Of a stretch of DNA of 64,000 bases, positions 10,528-23,033 are shown piece by piece; position 1 is the stretch's first letter; each line of letters starts with the position of its first letter. Under the pieces are notes generated by a model. It saw only the letters and a program-made list of their open reading frames with translations, did not search any database and was not told the origin of the DNA. The position numbers were made by a program, and so were the translations under genes. This DNA is from an uncultured Actinomycetota bacterium (GTDB taxonomy: Bacteria > Actinomycetota > Actinomycetes > JAHEKZ01). The DNA lies in the NCBI GenBank assembly GCA_963743915.1, contig CAVURN010000002.1, forward strand, positions 576,001 to 640,000. Reading direction: 5' to 3'.

Positions 10528-11862
10528 CTAGAGGACCGGCAGGTACCGCTGGAGCTCGAAGGGCGTCACCTGGTTGCGGTACTCCTGCCACTCCGCCCGC
10601 TTGTTCCGCAGGAAGAAGTCGAACACCTGCTCCCCGAGCGTCTCGGCGACGAGCTCACTGCGCTCCATGACCGCGATCGCCTCGGCGAGGTTCTGCGGGA
10701 GCGGGTCGATACCCATGGCGCGTCGCTCTCCCTCGGTGAGTGACCACACATCGTCCTCGGCCCCGGACGGCAGCTCGTACCCCTCCTCGATGCCCCGCAG
10801 CCCGGCCGCGAGGAGCACCGCGAAGGCGAGGTAGGGATTGCACGCGGGGTCGAGCGTGCGCACCTCGATGCGCGTGCTCTGTCCCTTGGACGGCTTGTAC
10901 ATCGGGACCCGCACCATGGCGGAACGGTTGTTGTGGCCCCAGCAGACGTACGCCGGAGCCTCACCGCCTCCGTAGAGCCGCTTGTACGAGTTCACCCATT
11001 GGTTCGTGACAGCGCTGATCTCAGGGGCATGTCGGAGCAGGCCCGCGATGAACCCTCGGCCCACCTTCGACAGCTGGTACTCCGCCCCGGGCTCGAAGAA
11101 CGCGTTACGGTCGCCCTCGAAGAGCGACAGGTGCGTGTGCATGCCGGAGCCAGGGTGCTCGGCGAACGGTTTGGGCATGAAGGAGGCAAACAGCCCCTGC
11201 GAGAGCGCGACCTCCTTGATCACCGTGCGGAACGTCATGATGTTGTCAGCGGTGCTGAGCGCGTCCGCGTACCTGAGGTCGATCTCCTGCTGGCCCGGTG
11301 CACCTTCGTGGTGGCTGAACTCCACCGAGATCCCCATCGACTCGAGCATGTTGATGGCGGTGCGACGGAAGTCCTGACCGACCGACGTCGGTGTGTGGTC
11401 GAAGTAGCCGCCGTAGTCGATCGGCGTGGGGCCGACGCCCGCCTCGGGGAGGTCCTTGAAGAGGAAGAACTCGATCTCCGGGTGGGTGTAGAACGTGAAG
11501 CCCATGTCGGCTGCACGCCCGAGGGCACGTTTGAGGACGTAGCGCGGGTCCGCGTACGACGGTGATCCGTCGGGCATGAGGATGTCGCAGAACATCCGGG
11601 CGACACCCGGCTCACCCCTCCAGGGCAGCACCGTGAACGAGGTGGGGTCGGGCTTGACCAGCATGTCCGACTCCGAGACGCGGGCGAAGCCCTCGATGGC
11701 GGAGCCGTCGAAGCCGATCCCCTCGGCGAAGGCCGCTTCGAGCTCTGCGGGTGCCACGGCCACCGACTTCAGGTAGCCGAGTACGTCGGTGAACCACAGT
11801 CGAATGAAGCGGATGTCGCGTTCCTCGGTGGTGCGGAGCACGAACTCCTGCTGCTTGTCCAT
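10528..11862 (-). CDS. glnA2: Glutamine synthetase type I family, actinobacterial GlnA2-like
   Basis: MDKQQEFVLR start, GFDGSAIEG, HHEGAPGQQEID, GSGMHTHLSL, NPYL; next to glnE. Confidence 0.92.
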   Translation of the reverse strand: MDKQQEFVLRTTEERDIRFIRLWFTDVLGYLKSVAVAPAELEAAFAEGIGFDGSAIEGFARVSESDMLVKPDPTSFTVLPWRGEPGVARMFCDILMPDGSPSYADPRYVLKRALGRAADMGFTFYTHPEIEFFLFKDLPEAGVGPTPIDYGGYFDHTPTSVGQDFRRTAINMLESMGISVEFSHHEGAPGQQEIDLRYADALSTADNIMTFRTVIKEVALSQGLFASFMPKPFAEHPGSGMHTHLSLFEGDRNAFFEPGAEYQLSKVGRGFIAGLLRHAPEISAVTNQWVNSYKRLYGGGEAPAYVCWGHNNRSAMVRVPMYKPSKGQSTRIEVRTLDPACNPYLAFAVLLAAGLRGIEEGYELPSGAEDDVWSLTEGERRAMGIDPLPQNLAEAIAVMERSELVAETLGEQVFDFFLRNKRAEWQEYRNQVTPFELQRYLPVL

Positions 11863-11896
11863 GCACCCATCGTGACCGGGACGTGTTTCCGCGACG

Positions 11897-12256
11897 TTAC
11901 AGCGCGGCCTCCGCGACTGCCTGCTTCGTCTGTCGTGTGATGCGGTGCTCGGCCACGAACGACAGGAAGGGCACGGTTCCTGCCAGACACACCAGGATCG
12001 AGCGCTTGAGCGGCCACCGCATCCGGAATGCCAGGTCGAACACCGTGACGAGGTACCCCATGTACACGAACCCATGGACGCGGGGCACCAGGTCGAGCAC
12101 CGTCTCGACGTCCAGCACGTAGCGCAGCAACATGTTGGCGACGAGCAGCAGCAGACCGATACCGGCGGCCCACGCCATCACGCGGTACCGGGTCAGCGCC
12201 CCGCCGACGCTCGCGGACGACGGAGCGGCACCCGGTGCGTGGTCGCCTTCGGTCAT
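11897..12256 (-). CDS. DUF3817 membrane protein
   Basis: YRVMAW..G, HGFVYMGYL, AGTVPFLSFVAE. Confidence 0.8.
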   Translation of the reverse strand: MTEGDHAPGAAPSSASVGGALTRYRVMAWAAGIGLLLLVANMLLRYVLDVETVLDLVPRVHGFVYMGYLVTVFDLAFRMRWPLKRSILVCLAGTVPFLSFVAEHRITRQTKQAVAEAAL

Positions 12257-13041
12257 GTCCCGCCTCTCTCGTCGCGTCCCTCGATCGTGCCAAGCGCCTC
12301 GAGGGTCGGCACCTCCGGGTCCGCTCGCCGGTCCTCCGCCTCGACCCGCGCCATGCGCACGAACCAGAAGATCGCGAACAGCCCGAACAGCCACCACTGG
12401 ATGGCGTAGGCGAGGTTCTGCCAGTCGATCTCGCTGTCCGTGGTCAGTGCGGGCGGTGCGACCGGCCGCATAGGGGCGTCCGGCGCCGGCTCATCGACGA
12501 TGACGAACCCCTGGAGCAGAGGGGGCGGCGTCCACAGCGAGAGCAGCTCGGGACTCGACACGATCTCGACCTGACCCGAAGGCAGCGGATCACGCCCTGG
12601 CTTGCGCAGTGTCGTCGGCTCACTGGGTTCCAGCCACCCTTCGAGCCGCATCTCCCCTGCCGGCGGCGTCGGCGGGGACTCACCTTCCGGCAGCCATCCG
12701 CGAACCACGGGGACGGTGACCCCCGGAGTCTTCGCGAGGACGAAGGCCGTCAGCACCCACGCACCCGGCTCCCCGGCATCGAGACGGTCGACCACGAGCA
12801 GCTGACGGTCGCCGTCGTAGGAGCCACGCACGGTGACCCGGCGGCCGGTGTCGGCCGGGTCGACCGGCTCACCGACCTGATGGAAGTCGTCGAGCGGCAC
12901 GACACCCGACGGCGGCTCCCGCACGACCTCGGTGGTCGCCCGGTCCCACTGCCACCACCCCAGGAGCACGCACACGGCGACCACGACCACCAGCGACGCC
13001 AACAGCCCCAGCCAGCGGGGGGACAGCATCCAACGGGGCAC
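12253..13041 (-). CDS. SURF1 family protein
   Basis: LGWWQWDR, VVRGWLP, YAIQWWLF. Confidence 0.85.
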   Translation of the reverse strand: MPRWMLSPRWLGLLASLVVVVAVCVLLGWWQWDRATTEVVREPPSGVVPLDDFHQVGEPVDPADTGRRVTVRGSYDGDRQLLVVDRLDAGEPGAWVLTAFVLAKTPGVTVPVVRGWLPEGESPPTPPAGEMRLEGWLEPSEPTTLRKPGRDPLPSGQVEIVSSPELLSLWTPPPLLQGFVIVDEPAPDAPMRPVAPPALTTDSEIDWQNLAYAIQWWLFGLFAIFWFVRMARVEAEDRRADPEVPTLEALGTIEGRDERGGT

Positions 13042-13120
13042 TCAGGGACCGTATCCCGCGCACGGGTGGGCCCCTGCGAGGTGCCCGCTCCCGCCGTCGC
13101 CCGATGACTAGGCTCGACTT

Positions 13121-14846
13121 GTGGCGTCCGACCAGGCCTCCGATCCGGCCGCAGACCCGATGACGGGATCGAACGCCCCGTTGCGGGTGGCCCTCGTCCA
13201 GTCCGACGCCACGGTCGGAGACCTTCGGGGCAATCTCGAGATCGTGCGGCAGCGCACCCGCGCCGCGGCGGACGCGGGTGCCCGGCTGGTGGTGTTCCCC
13301 GAGATGTTCCTCACCGGCTACCCCGTCGAGGACCTCGCGCTCCGCAAGTCGTTCATCGAGGCCTCGCGCGAGCACCTGGCCGCCCTGGCCGAGCACCTGG
13401 CCGCCGACGGCCTGGGTGGCACGACGGTCGTGGTCGGGTACCTCGACCGAGCCGCTGACGGCCAGGACCGGCTGGGGCGCCCCCGTCACTCGCCGCAGAA
13501 TGCGGCGGCGGTCCTGCGCGACGGGGCCGTGGTGGCGCGGTACGCGAAACACCATCTCCCGAACTATGGCGTCTTCGACGAGTTCCGGTACTTCGTCCCG
13601 GGCAGCTCCCCGTGCACGTTCGACGTGGCGGGGTGGAACGTGGCCCTGGCGATCTGCGAGGACCTGTGGCAGGAGGGTGGGCCGGTCAGGTGGGCGCGTG
13701 ACGCCTCGGCCGACCTTCTCCTGGTCATCAACGGCTCGCCGTACGAGCGCGACAAGGACGACACCAGGCTCGACCTCTGTCGCCGTCGAGCGTCGGAGGC
13801 CGGCATGCCGTTGGCCTACGTGAACCTCGTCGGCGGCCAGGACGAGCTCGTCTTCGACGGTGACTCGCTCGTGGTCGACCGCGACGGGACGGTCCTGGGA
13901 CGCGCCGGACAGTTCGTCGAGGAGGTACTGGTCGTCGACGTGGGCGCCGAGGTGGTCGCACCCGTCACCGAGCGGCTGCCGGACGTCGAAGAGGTCTACC
14001 GGGCACTGATGTGCGGGCTCGAGGGCTACGTGCGCAAGAACGGGTTCCGGTCGGTGATCCTCGGTCTCTCCGGAGGCATCGACTCCGCGCTCACCGCGGC
14101 CATCGCCGTCGATGCCCTCGGCCCAGCGGCGGTCCACGGTGTCGGCATGCCCAGCGCCTACTCCTCGCAGCACTCCCGCGACGACGCTGCGGACCTGGCG
14201 CGACGCACGGGCCTGTCGTTCCGTGAAGTCCCGATCGCGCTCGATGGTCGACGCCTACCTGGACGCTCTGGCGCTGACCGGGCTCGCCGAGGAGAACCTG
14301 CAGGCGCGTGTGCGGGGCACGGCACTGATGGGGCTGTCGAACCAGGAGGGGCATCTGGTCCTGGCCACTGGCAACAAGAGCGAACTGTCCGTCGGGTACT
14401 CCACCCTCTACGGCGACGCCGTGGGTGGCTACGCACCGCTCAAGGACGTGCCCAAGACCCTCGTGTGGGAGCTGGCGCGCTGGCGCAACGCCGCCGCCGA
14501 GGCGGCCGGGCAGGAGGCACCCATCCCGCCCAACAGCATCGAGAAGCCCCCGTCCGCCGAGCTCCGGCCGGGACAGCTCGACACCGACGCCCTCCCCGAC
14601 TACGCCGTCCTCGACGACATCCTCGACGACTACGTCGAGCAGGACCGCGGGGCATCCGACCTCGTCGCGGCCGGGTTCCCCCGTGAGCTCGTCGAGCATG
14701 TCGTCACCCTGACGGACCGGGCGGAGTACAAGAGGCGCCAGTACCCTCCGGGGCCGAAGATCTCGTTCAAGGCGTTCGGACGTGACCGCCGGCTGCCGAT
14801 CACCAGCAGGTGGCGCGAAGACCTCGACACTCGTCGGCACCCGTGA
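13121..14846 (+). CDS. nadE: Glutamine-dependent NAD+ synthetase, apparent frameshift near 14240
   Basis: Nitrilase domain (FPE, KHHLPNYGVFDE, ICEDLW), GLSGGIDS; ENLQAR, TGNKSE and PPSAELRP continue in another frame. Confidence 0.93.
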
Positions 14847-15607
14847 CCCCGCGCACCGACCTGCCGCCCCCACCGCCCTGGGCCGAGCTCGCCCGGACGC
14901 CGAGCGCGCTCTTCCTCGACATCGACGGAACCCTGCTGGAGTTCGAGTCCCACCCCGGGCTGGTGCGGGCCACGGAGGGGCTCATCGAGCTGCTGCAAGC
15001 GGTCAGCGTCGCCCTCGACGGGGCCGTGGCGCTGATCTCAGGTCGCGCGCTCACCGACATCGACCGGGTGTTCCGTCCGTGGCAGCCCTACGCGGCCGGC
15101 GTCCACGGTGCTGAGGTCCGGGGCAGCACGGGAACCCGTCTCCACCAGGCCGACGACGTCCTGCTGGCCACGCTCCGCCGACGGGTCTCCGACGAGCTGA
15201 GCACCGAGGGCGTCTGGATGGAGGACAAAGGACACGGCTTCGCGCTGCACTACCGAGACGCTCCCGGTGCCGAGGAGTCCGTGCGCGCCCTCGCCCTCGA
15301 GCTGGCCGAGGCCTCAGGAGGGACCCTCGAGGTGCAGCCGGGCTCCTACGTGCAGGAGCTTCGGCCGGCCGCCTATGACAAAGGGCTCGCCGTGGACGAG
15401 CTCATGGAGCAACCCCCGTTCTCAGGCCGCCGGCCGGTCGTGGTCGGGGACGACCGCACCGACGAGTACGCCTTCGCCGCGGCGAATGCCCGGGAAGGGG
15501 TGTCCGTGCTGGTGGGGCCACGCAGCGATACGGTCGCGCAGTACCGGATCGCCGACCCGGCCGCGGTTCGTGGCTGGCTCTCGGGGATCCTCGAGGAGGT
15601 GTCGTGA
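14843..15607 (+). CDS. otsB: Trehalose-6-phosphate phosphatase
   Basis: HAD motifs FLDIDGTL, ISGR, EDK..ALHYR, DKG, GDDRTDE. Confidence 0.92.
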   Translation: MTPRTDLPPPPPWAELARTPSALFLDIDGTLLEFESHPGLVRATEGLIELLQAVSVALDGAVALISGRALTDIDRVFRPWQPYAAGVHGAEVRGSTGTRLHQADDVLLATLRRRVSDELSTEGVWMEDKGHGFALHYRDAPGAEESVRALALELAEASGGTLEVQPGSYVQELRPAAYDKGLAVDELMEQPPFSGRRPVVVGDDRTDEYAFAAANAREGVSVLVGPRSDTVAQYRIADPAAVRGWLSGILEEVS

Positions 15608-17390
15608 TGGCGGGTGACGCCCATCCTCTGGACCTCGCCGTCATCGGGAACGGCACCGTCGGCATGCTCGTCGACCGCCGCGGACGGTATGTCTGGGGGT
15701 GCCTGCCGCATCTTGCCGCCGACCCGTCCTTCTGCGAGCTGCTGCAGCCCACGACCGAGGGCCACGGCGTCTGCTCGGTCGACCTCGAGGGGTTCGTCTC
15801 CAGCGAGCAGCACTACCTGCCGAACACCGCCGTGCTGGTCACCACGCTCTACGCCGAGGACGGCAGCTCGGTGGAGATCACCGACTTCTCGCCGCGTTTC
15901 CGCCGCTGGGACCGGCTCTACCACCCGGTGATGTTCGTCCGACGGATCCGGCCCATGGCCGGCGTTCCTCGCGTGACGCTCCGGGTGCGCCCCCTCGCCG
16001 ACTGGGGAGCACGCATCCCGGACCGGACCAGCGGCAGCCACCACATCCGCTGGGTGCTCAAGGACACCACGCTGCGCCTCACCACCGACACCAGAGTCCC
16101 GTTCGTCGAACGCGAGCTGCCCCTGGTCCTCGACCGTCCCGTGAACATGATTCTCGGTCCCGACGAGAGCCTGACGACGTCCGCCGAGGCCTTCGTGCTC
16201 GAGGCGTACGACCGCACCGTCGACTACTGGCAGTCGTGGTCGCGATCGCTGTCGATCCCGTTCGAGTGGCAGGACGCGGTGATCCGTGCGGCGATCACCC
16301 TCAAGCTCTGCCAGTACGAGGGAACCGGTGCGATCGTCGCGGCTCTGACGACCTCGATCCCGGAGGCACCGAACTCCGAACGGAACTGGGACTACCGCTA
16401 CTGCTGGTTGCGCGACGCCGCCTTCGTCGTCCGGACGCTCAATCAGCTCGGGGCGACCAAGAGCATGGAGGACTTCCTCGGGTACATCTACACCCTGGCA
16501 TCGGGGCTGGAGGGGATGCAGCCGGTGTACGGCATCCACTTCGAGAGGGTGCTGGCCGAAGAGGTCGAACCTCACCTGCGTGGCTACCAGGGGCACGGCC
16601 CGGTGCGCAGCGGCAACTTGGCCTACCTGCAACGTCAGCACGACGTCTACGGCAGCGTGGTCCTGGCCTCCACCCACCTGTTCTTCGACCAGCGGCTCAC
16701 CACGCCCGGGGACAGCGGCGCCTACGAGCAGCTCGAACGGGCCGGCGACCTCGCGTACTCCGTCTACGACCAGCCTGATGCCGGACTGTGGGAGTTCCGT
16801 GGACGCGAAGGCGTCCACACCTACAGCAGCGTCATGTGCTGGGTGGCTGCCGACCGGTTGGCGAAGATCGCCCAGCAGCTCGGACGCACCGAGCGCGTCA
16901 CGCACTGGCGTGCCCGCGCCGACGAGATGCGCGAGCGGATCCTGCAGGAGGCCTACGACCCGGAGCAGGGCGCCTTCATGGAGACATGGGGTGGGAGCCG
17001 CCTGGATGCCTCGACCCTGGTGCTGGCCGACCTCGGGTTCGTCGGAGCCGACGACGACCGGTTCCTCGGAACCCTCGCGGCGGTCGAGAAGCACCTGCGA
17101 CGCGGCAACTACGTGTTCCGGTACATCGACGCCGACGACTTCGGTGAGCCGCACACGTCGTTCAACCTCTGCACCTTCTGGTACCTCGATGCGCTGGCGC
17201 GCGTCGGACGCACCGACGAGGCACGCGAGCTCTTCGAGCACATCCTCGCCCGGCGCAACCACCTCGGTCTGATGTCGGAGGACCTGGACCCCGAGACGGG
17301 CGAGCAGTGGGGGAACTTCCCTCAGACCTACTCGATGCTCGGCATCATCCAGATCGCGATGCGGCTGTCGGAGCCGTGGGAGCTCGCGAC

Positions 17391-17394
<4 letters not shown>
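15604..17394 (+). CDS. Glycoside hydrolase family 15, trehalase-like
   Basis: [35 protein letters not shown]. Confidence 0.9.
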
Positions 17395-18764
<1,370 letters not shown>

Positions 18765-18860
18765 CCGCGCGCCGAGCGGGATGTTTGGGATATGGGCCCG
18801 ACGGTGCCACCATGGAGGCAGTCCGGGGACCGCTCAGGCCTCGAGGCGAAAGGATCTGCC

Positions 18861-19715
18861 ATGACGCACTTCGCCCCTTCGTCCGACCACGGCCGCCGCC
18901 TGTACGGAGGCGATCCGTCACGACGGGTCACCCTGCACGACCTGGCCCGCGCCAAGGAACGCGGCGAGCGATGGCCGATGCTCACCGCCTACGACGCCAT
19001 GACCGCCCGCCTGTTCGACGAGGCCGGCATCCCGGTGCTGCTCGTCGGCGACTCCGCCGCCAACGTGGTCTACGGCTACGACACCACCCTCCCCATCACG
19101 ATGGACGAATTGGTGCCGCTCGTCGCGGCCGTCACCCGCTCCACGCGTCGCGCCCTGGTGGTGGCCGACATGCCGTTCGGGACGTACCAGGCGTCGCCTG
19201 ACCAGGCGCTCGGCGAGGCAGCCCGCTTTCTCAAGGAGGGCGGCGCGCACGCGGTCAAGCTCGAAGGCGGCCAGCGGATCCTTCCGCAGGTCGAAGCGCT
19301 CGTCGGCGCGGGCATTCCGGTGATGGGGCACCTCGGACTCACCCCGCAGTCGGTCAACGCCCTCGGCGGCTACCGCGTGCAGGGGCGTGGAGGCGCCGGT
19401 GAGCGCCTGCTGCGCGACGCCAAGTCACTCGAGGCCGCAGGCGCCTTCGCCGTCGTGCTCGAGGTCGTCCCCGCCGCACTCGCCGAGCGCGTCACCGCCG
19501 CCCTGTCCATCCCGACCATCGGCATCGGTGCCGGTAACGCCTGCGACGCCCAGGTCAACGTCTGGCAGGACCTCGTCGGCCTCACGCCGGCGCCGCGTCC
19601 GAAGTTCGTGCGCGAGTACGCCGACGTCCGCTCGATCATGGCCGACGCCGTCCGTGCCTGGTCCGAGGACGTCGTGTCGGGTGCCTACCCCGCCGACGAG
19701 CACTCCTACGAGTGA
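18861..19715 (+). CDS. panB: 3-methyl-2-oxobutanoate hydroxymethyltransferase
   Basis: [27 protein letters not shown]. Confidence 0.96.
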   Translation: MTHFAPSSDHGRRLYGGDPSRRVTLHDLARAKERGERWPMLTAYDAMTARLFDEAGIPVLLVGDSAANVVYGYDTTLPITMDELVPLVAAVTRSTRRALVVADMPFGTYQASPDQALGEAARFLKEGGAHAVKLEGGQRILPQVEALVGAGIPVMGHLGLTPQSVNALGGYRVQGRGGAGERLLRDAKSLEAAGAFAVVLEVVPAALAERVTAALSIPTIGIGAGNACDAQVNVWQDLVGLTPAPRPKFVREYADVRSIMADAVRAWSEDVVSGAYPADEHSYE

Positions 19716-20404
19716 GGGCGGCCGTTCCACCCGGCGATTCGCACCCCTGAGTGCACCCGGTAGCGGCGGTTGATGGCGATCAGGTTCGCCGTCAGGGCCT
19801 CGACCTGACGGGCGTTGCGCAGCCGTCCGGCGTGGACGCCTCGGAGCCCGTCGATGCTGTCGGCAAGGTCGATGACCTGCTGCACCGCGACGTCGTCATC
19901 TCCGACGACCATCACATCGGTCTCCAGCGCAGCAGCTTCATCGAGGAGCTTCGACGCCGAGACATGGTGGAAGGCGCCGACGACACGCGCTGACGGCACC
20001 AGCTGCTGCGCCTGTTCGCAGGCACTCCCCTCGGGGACCGGCAGCGCGAACGGACCTTGGGCATCGAAGCCGAGTGGGTTCACACAGTCCACCAGAACGC
20101 TGTCGGCGATCGAGTCTCCGAGCTGCTGCAGCGTTGCTGCGTGCGCCGCCCAAGGAACGGTCAGCAGCACCAGATCAGCGTCACAGGCGTCGAGGTTCGT
20201 GCCGCCGGTGACCTCTCCACGCGTCGACGTGGGTAAGGACGCCGCAGACTGCCGAGCGCGATCGCCGTCACGGGAACCGATCGCCACCCGGTGCCCAGCC
20301 GCAGCGAGCCGCACCGCCAGTCCTCGCCCGAGCGCACCCGTACCGCCGATGATTCCCACACGGGTGGCCCTGGCACCGGGCTCACCCTCGACACGCTCAC
20401 CCAT
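19706..20404 (-). CDS. npdG: NADPH-dependent F420 reductase
   Basis: [36 protein letters not shown]. Confidence 0.88.
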   Translation of the reverse strand: MGERVEGEPGARATRVGIIGGTGALGRGLAVRLAAAGHRVAIGSRDGDRARQSAASLPTSTRGEVTGGTNLDACDADLVLLTVPWAAHAATLQQLGDSIADSVLVDCVNPLGFDAQGPFALPVPEGSACEQAQQLVPSARVVGAFHHVSASKLLDEAAALETDVMVVGDDDVAVQQVIDLADSIDGLRGVHAGRLRNARQVEALTANLIAINRRYRVHSGVRIAGWNGRPHS

Positions 20405-20442
20405 GGCGTGCATCGTCGCACCCGCACCGGCACGATGGTCAG

Positions 20443-21069
20443 GTGGATGTCAGCCGAGTGATGGTCCTGCGCGAGCTATTGGCGTCGTCGGGGTGGATCG
20501 AGCGCACCCAGGACTTCGCCCGCACGATCCGCCGCCGAACCACCGAGCCAGGCGGATTGCTGCTGGTCGGGACGCCCGATGCGGAGCCGTGGCACCTGGC
20601 CGCCCACCTCGATGACGAGTCCCGATGGACCGGTACGCCCGAGCTGAGCCCCACGCTGGTGCGTTACGCCGTGCCGCTCGAGGCTCCTCCGCACCTGTCG
20701 TTCACGCTCGAGCGCCTGGAGGCTGCACGCCGAGGTGAGACGGTCTTCGTCGTGAGCGAGGAGAGTGCTCCGGAGCAGCTGCTCCAACGCGCATGGGACG
20801 CACGCAAGCTGGGTGCGACGGTGCTCTCGCTGGACGCCGGTGATGCCGAGCTGCACGAAGTTGCGCATGAGTCACTGACGGTGCTGTCGACAGATACTGA
20901 GCTCGTCACACCTGAGCTCGTCAGATCGGAGCTCGAGGTCGTCTCGTTCGACAGCGTGCAGCACCTGGTGAGCGTCGCTGCAGGTGAGGCTGCACAGTCG
21001 AAGCCATCTCGTTCGGTGCGCGAACGCATGGCATCGCTGCTCGAGAACATCACCGGACCACGCATCTGA
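20443..21069 (+). CDS. Hypothetical protein (SIS-like fold possible)
   Basis: LLLVGTP..EPWHLAAHL, FDSVQHLVS; coding-like codon usage. Confidence 0.7.
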   Translation: MDVSRVMVLRELLASSGWIERTQDFARTIRRRTTEPGGLLLVGTPDAEPWHLAAHLDDESRWTGTPELSPTLVRYAVPLEAPPHLSFTLERLEAARRGETVFVVSEESAPEQLLQRAWDARKLGATVLSLDAGDAELHEVAHESLTVLSTDTELVTPELVRSELEVVSFDSVQHLVSVAAGEAAQSKPSRSVRERMASLLENITGPRI

Positions 21070-21287
21070 CGATGCACTATGCGTCGTGCACAGTGAGGTG
21101 CACGCACGAGACAATCGACGCGCAGACTCGCGCAATCGCTCATATCACGACAGAATGTGCCGCGCGACGTTCGCGACACGAACGCGCGAATGCATGAACG
21201 GTGCTGGCGTCACGGTTGTGACGGTGACATCGTGCAACTCAAAGGCGTTCGGCGAAGGGGCCGGACACAGACGCGTCAGGAGGCACG

Positions 21288-21806
21288 GTGGCTGCAAAGA
21301 CCACCACGGCCAAGAAGGCAGCGAAGCGTTCGACCGCTGCCAAGCGGACGACGAAGAAGTCGACTGCTCGCAAGGCCGCAACGAAGCGCACGACCAAGAA
21401 GGCGACCGCCAAGAAGACGGCCAAGAGGGCCCCTGCGAAGCGGACCGCCAAGAAGGCCACCAAGAAGTCGGCCGCCAAGCGCACTGCCAAGAAGGCCACG
21501 AGGAAGACGGCCAAGAAGGCACCCGCGAAGCGGACCGCCAAGAAGGCCACGAGGAAGACCGCCAAGAAGGCACCCGCGAAGCGGACCGCCAAGAAGGCCA
21601 CCAAGAAGGCGGCCAAGCGCGCTCCTGCCAAGCGGACCGCCAAGAAGGCCACGAGGAAGACCGCCAAGAAGGCACCCGCGAAGCGGACCGCCAAGAAGGC
21701 CACCAAGAAGGCGGCCAAGCGCGCTCCTGCCAAGCGGACCGCGAAGAAGGCCACTCGGAAGACCGCCGCCAAGCGGACCGCCAAGAAGACGGCTCGTCGG
21801 CGCTGA
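21288..21806 (+). CDS. Histone H1-like Lys/Ala/Thr/Arg-rich DNA-binding protein
   Basis: AGGAGG RBS; almost entirely KRTAKKA.. repeats; followed by a terminator hairpin. Confidence 0.85.
   Translation: MAAKTTTAKKAAKRSTAAKRTTKKSTARKAATKRTTKKATAKKTAKRAPAKRTAKKATKKSAAKRTAKKATRKTAKKAPAKRTAKKATRKTAKKAPAKRTAKKATKKAAKRAPAKRTAKKATRKTAKKAPAKRTAKKATKKAAKRAPAKRTAKKATRKTAAKRTAKKTARRR
21438..21790 (+). repeat. Coding tandem repeats, mostly 51 nt (17 aa) units
   Basis: AAGCGGACCGCCAAGAAGGCCAC recurs; units [17 protein letters not shown] and [17 protein letters not shown]. Confidence 0.85.
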
Positions 21807-21816
21807 GTCATCCGCA

Positions 21817-21860
21817 GCACGTCAAAGGCCCCGACCGGATGGTCGGGGCCTTTGACGTGC
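21817..21860. terminator. Bidirectional intrinsic terminator hairpin
   Basis: Perfect 20-bp stem GCACGTCAAAGGCCCCGACC-ggat-GGTCGGGGCCTTTGACGTGC between convergent genes. Confidence 0.85.
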
Positions 21861-21862
21861 GG

Positions 21863-22063
21863 TCAGCCTTCGGCGTCGTCGTTCCAGCGAGGGTCGCTGT
21901 CCCACTCCTCTGAGCGCTGACGCGCGTGCTCGAGCGCTGTGGCAGCCTCCGTGTAGTCGCTGAACGGCCCAAGTCGGACGGTGTTGGGGCACCCTTCCCC
22001 CGTCTCGACCGCCGAGTGGTCGAGGCACCACCAGTACTCGGGCGGGTCGATACCCGTCGTCAT
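21863..22063 (-). CDS. Small hypothetical protein, divergent from map
   Basis: YWWCLDHSAVE..CP..RLGPF...A..R.EEWD; GGGAG RBS. Confidence 0.75.
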   Translation of the reverse strand: MTTGIDPPEYWWCLDHSAVETGEGCPNTVRLGPFSDYTEAATALEHARQRSEEWDSDPRWNDDAEG

Positions 22064-22101
22064 GAGCCACTCCCTTCACCGTCTCCTAGACTGGGCCCAT
22101 C

Positions 22102-22950
22102 ATGTCGGTTCTGTCACCCGGTCGCGTCTCGCCGCGGCGTCCCGTGCCCCCGGAGATCGCACGTCCGGAATACGTCAACCGTCCTGCACCGGCGCCGTAC
22201 ACCGGTCCCGAGGTCAAAGACGCCGACACGATCGAACGCATGCGAGTCGCCGGACGTCTGGCTGCCCAGGCCATGCGCACCGTGGCCGGACACATCGCAC
22301 CTGGTGTCACGACCGACGAGCTCGACCGCATCGGCCACGAGTTCCTCTGCGACCACGGCGCGTATCCCTCGACCCTGGGGTACAAGGGCTTCCCCAAGTC
22401 GTTGTGCACCTCGGTCAACGAGGTGATCTGTCACGGCATCCCTGACAGCACGGTCCTGAACGATGGCGACATCATCAACATCGACATCACTGCCTACATC
22501 GGCGGCGTCCACGGTGACACCGACGCCACCTACCTGGTGGGAGAGGTCGACGAGGAGTCGCGTCTGCTGGTGGAGCGCACCGAGCAGGCGATGATGCGGG
22601 CCATCAGAGCCGTCGCCCCCGGTCGGCCGGTCAACGTGATCGGGCGTGTCATCGAGGCCTACGCCCGGCGCTTCGGATACGGCGTCGTCCGTGACTTCAC
22701 CGGTCACGGCATCGGTACGGCGTTCCACTCCGGTCTGGTCATTCCTCATTACGACGAGCCGGCCTACGACACCGTCATCGAGACGGGGATGACCTTCACC
22801 ATCGAGCCGATGCTGACGCTGGGCACCATCGAGTACTCGATCTGGGACGACGGGTGGACGGTGGTGACCGCCGACAACAAGCGCACCGCGCAGTTCGAGC
22901 ACACCATTCTGGTCACCGACACGGGTGCCGAGATCCTCACGCTCCCCTGA
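22102..22950 (+). CDS. map: Type I methionine aminopeptidase
   Basis: [35 protein letters not shown]. Confidence 0.97.
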   Translation: MSVLSPGRVSPRRPVPPEIARPEYVNRPAPAPYTGPEVKDADTIERMRVAGRLAAQAMRTVAGHIAPGVTTDELDRIGHEFLCDHGAYPSTLGYKGFPKSLCTSVNEVICHGIPDSTVLNDGDIINIDITAYIGGVHGDTDATYLVGEVDEESRLLVERTEQAMMRAIRAVAPGRPVNVIGRVIEAYARRFGYGVVRDFTGHGIGTAFHSGLVIPHYDEPAYDTVIETGMTFTIEPMLTLGTIEYSIWDDGWTVVTADNKRTAQFEHTILVTDTGAEILTLP

Positions 22951-22961
22951 ACCCGCCTACC

Positions 22962-23033
22962 GGTGATCGGTGCATTTCAGTCACGTTCGAGCTGCTTCAT
23001 CACCCTTCGAATGCCTGAGGTGCTTCGATCACC
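22962..23033. repeat. 72-bp imperfect palindrome (REP doublet-like), copy 1
   Basis: GGTGATCG...CGATCACC; arms 22960-22983 and 23012-23035 complementary at 19/24. Confidence 0.75.

Noticed and set aside
14230-14250. Programmed frameshift in nadE (also considered for kbl and ptsI)
   Set aside because: No slippery heptamer is visible, and similar indels recur across unrelated genes.
21438-21790. CRISPR-like array
   Set aside because: The repeats are in-frame coding units without unique spacers, and there are no cas genes.
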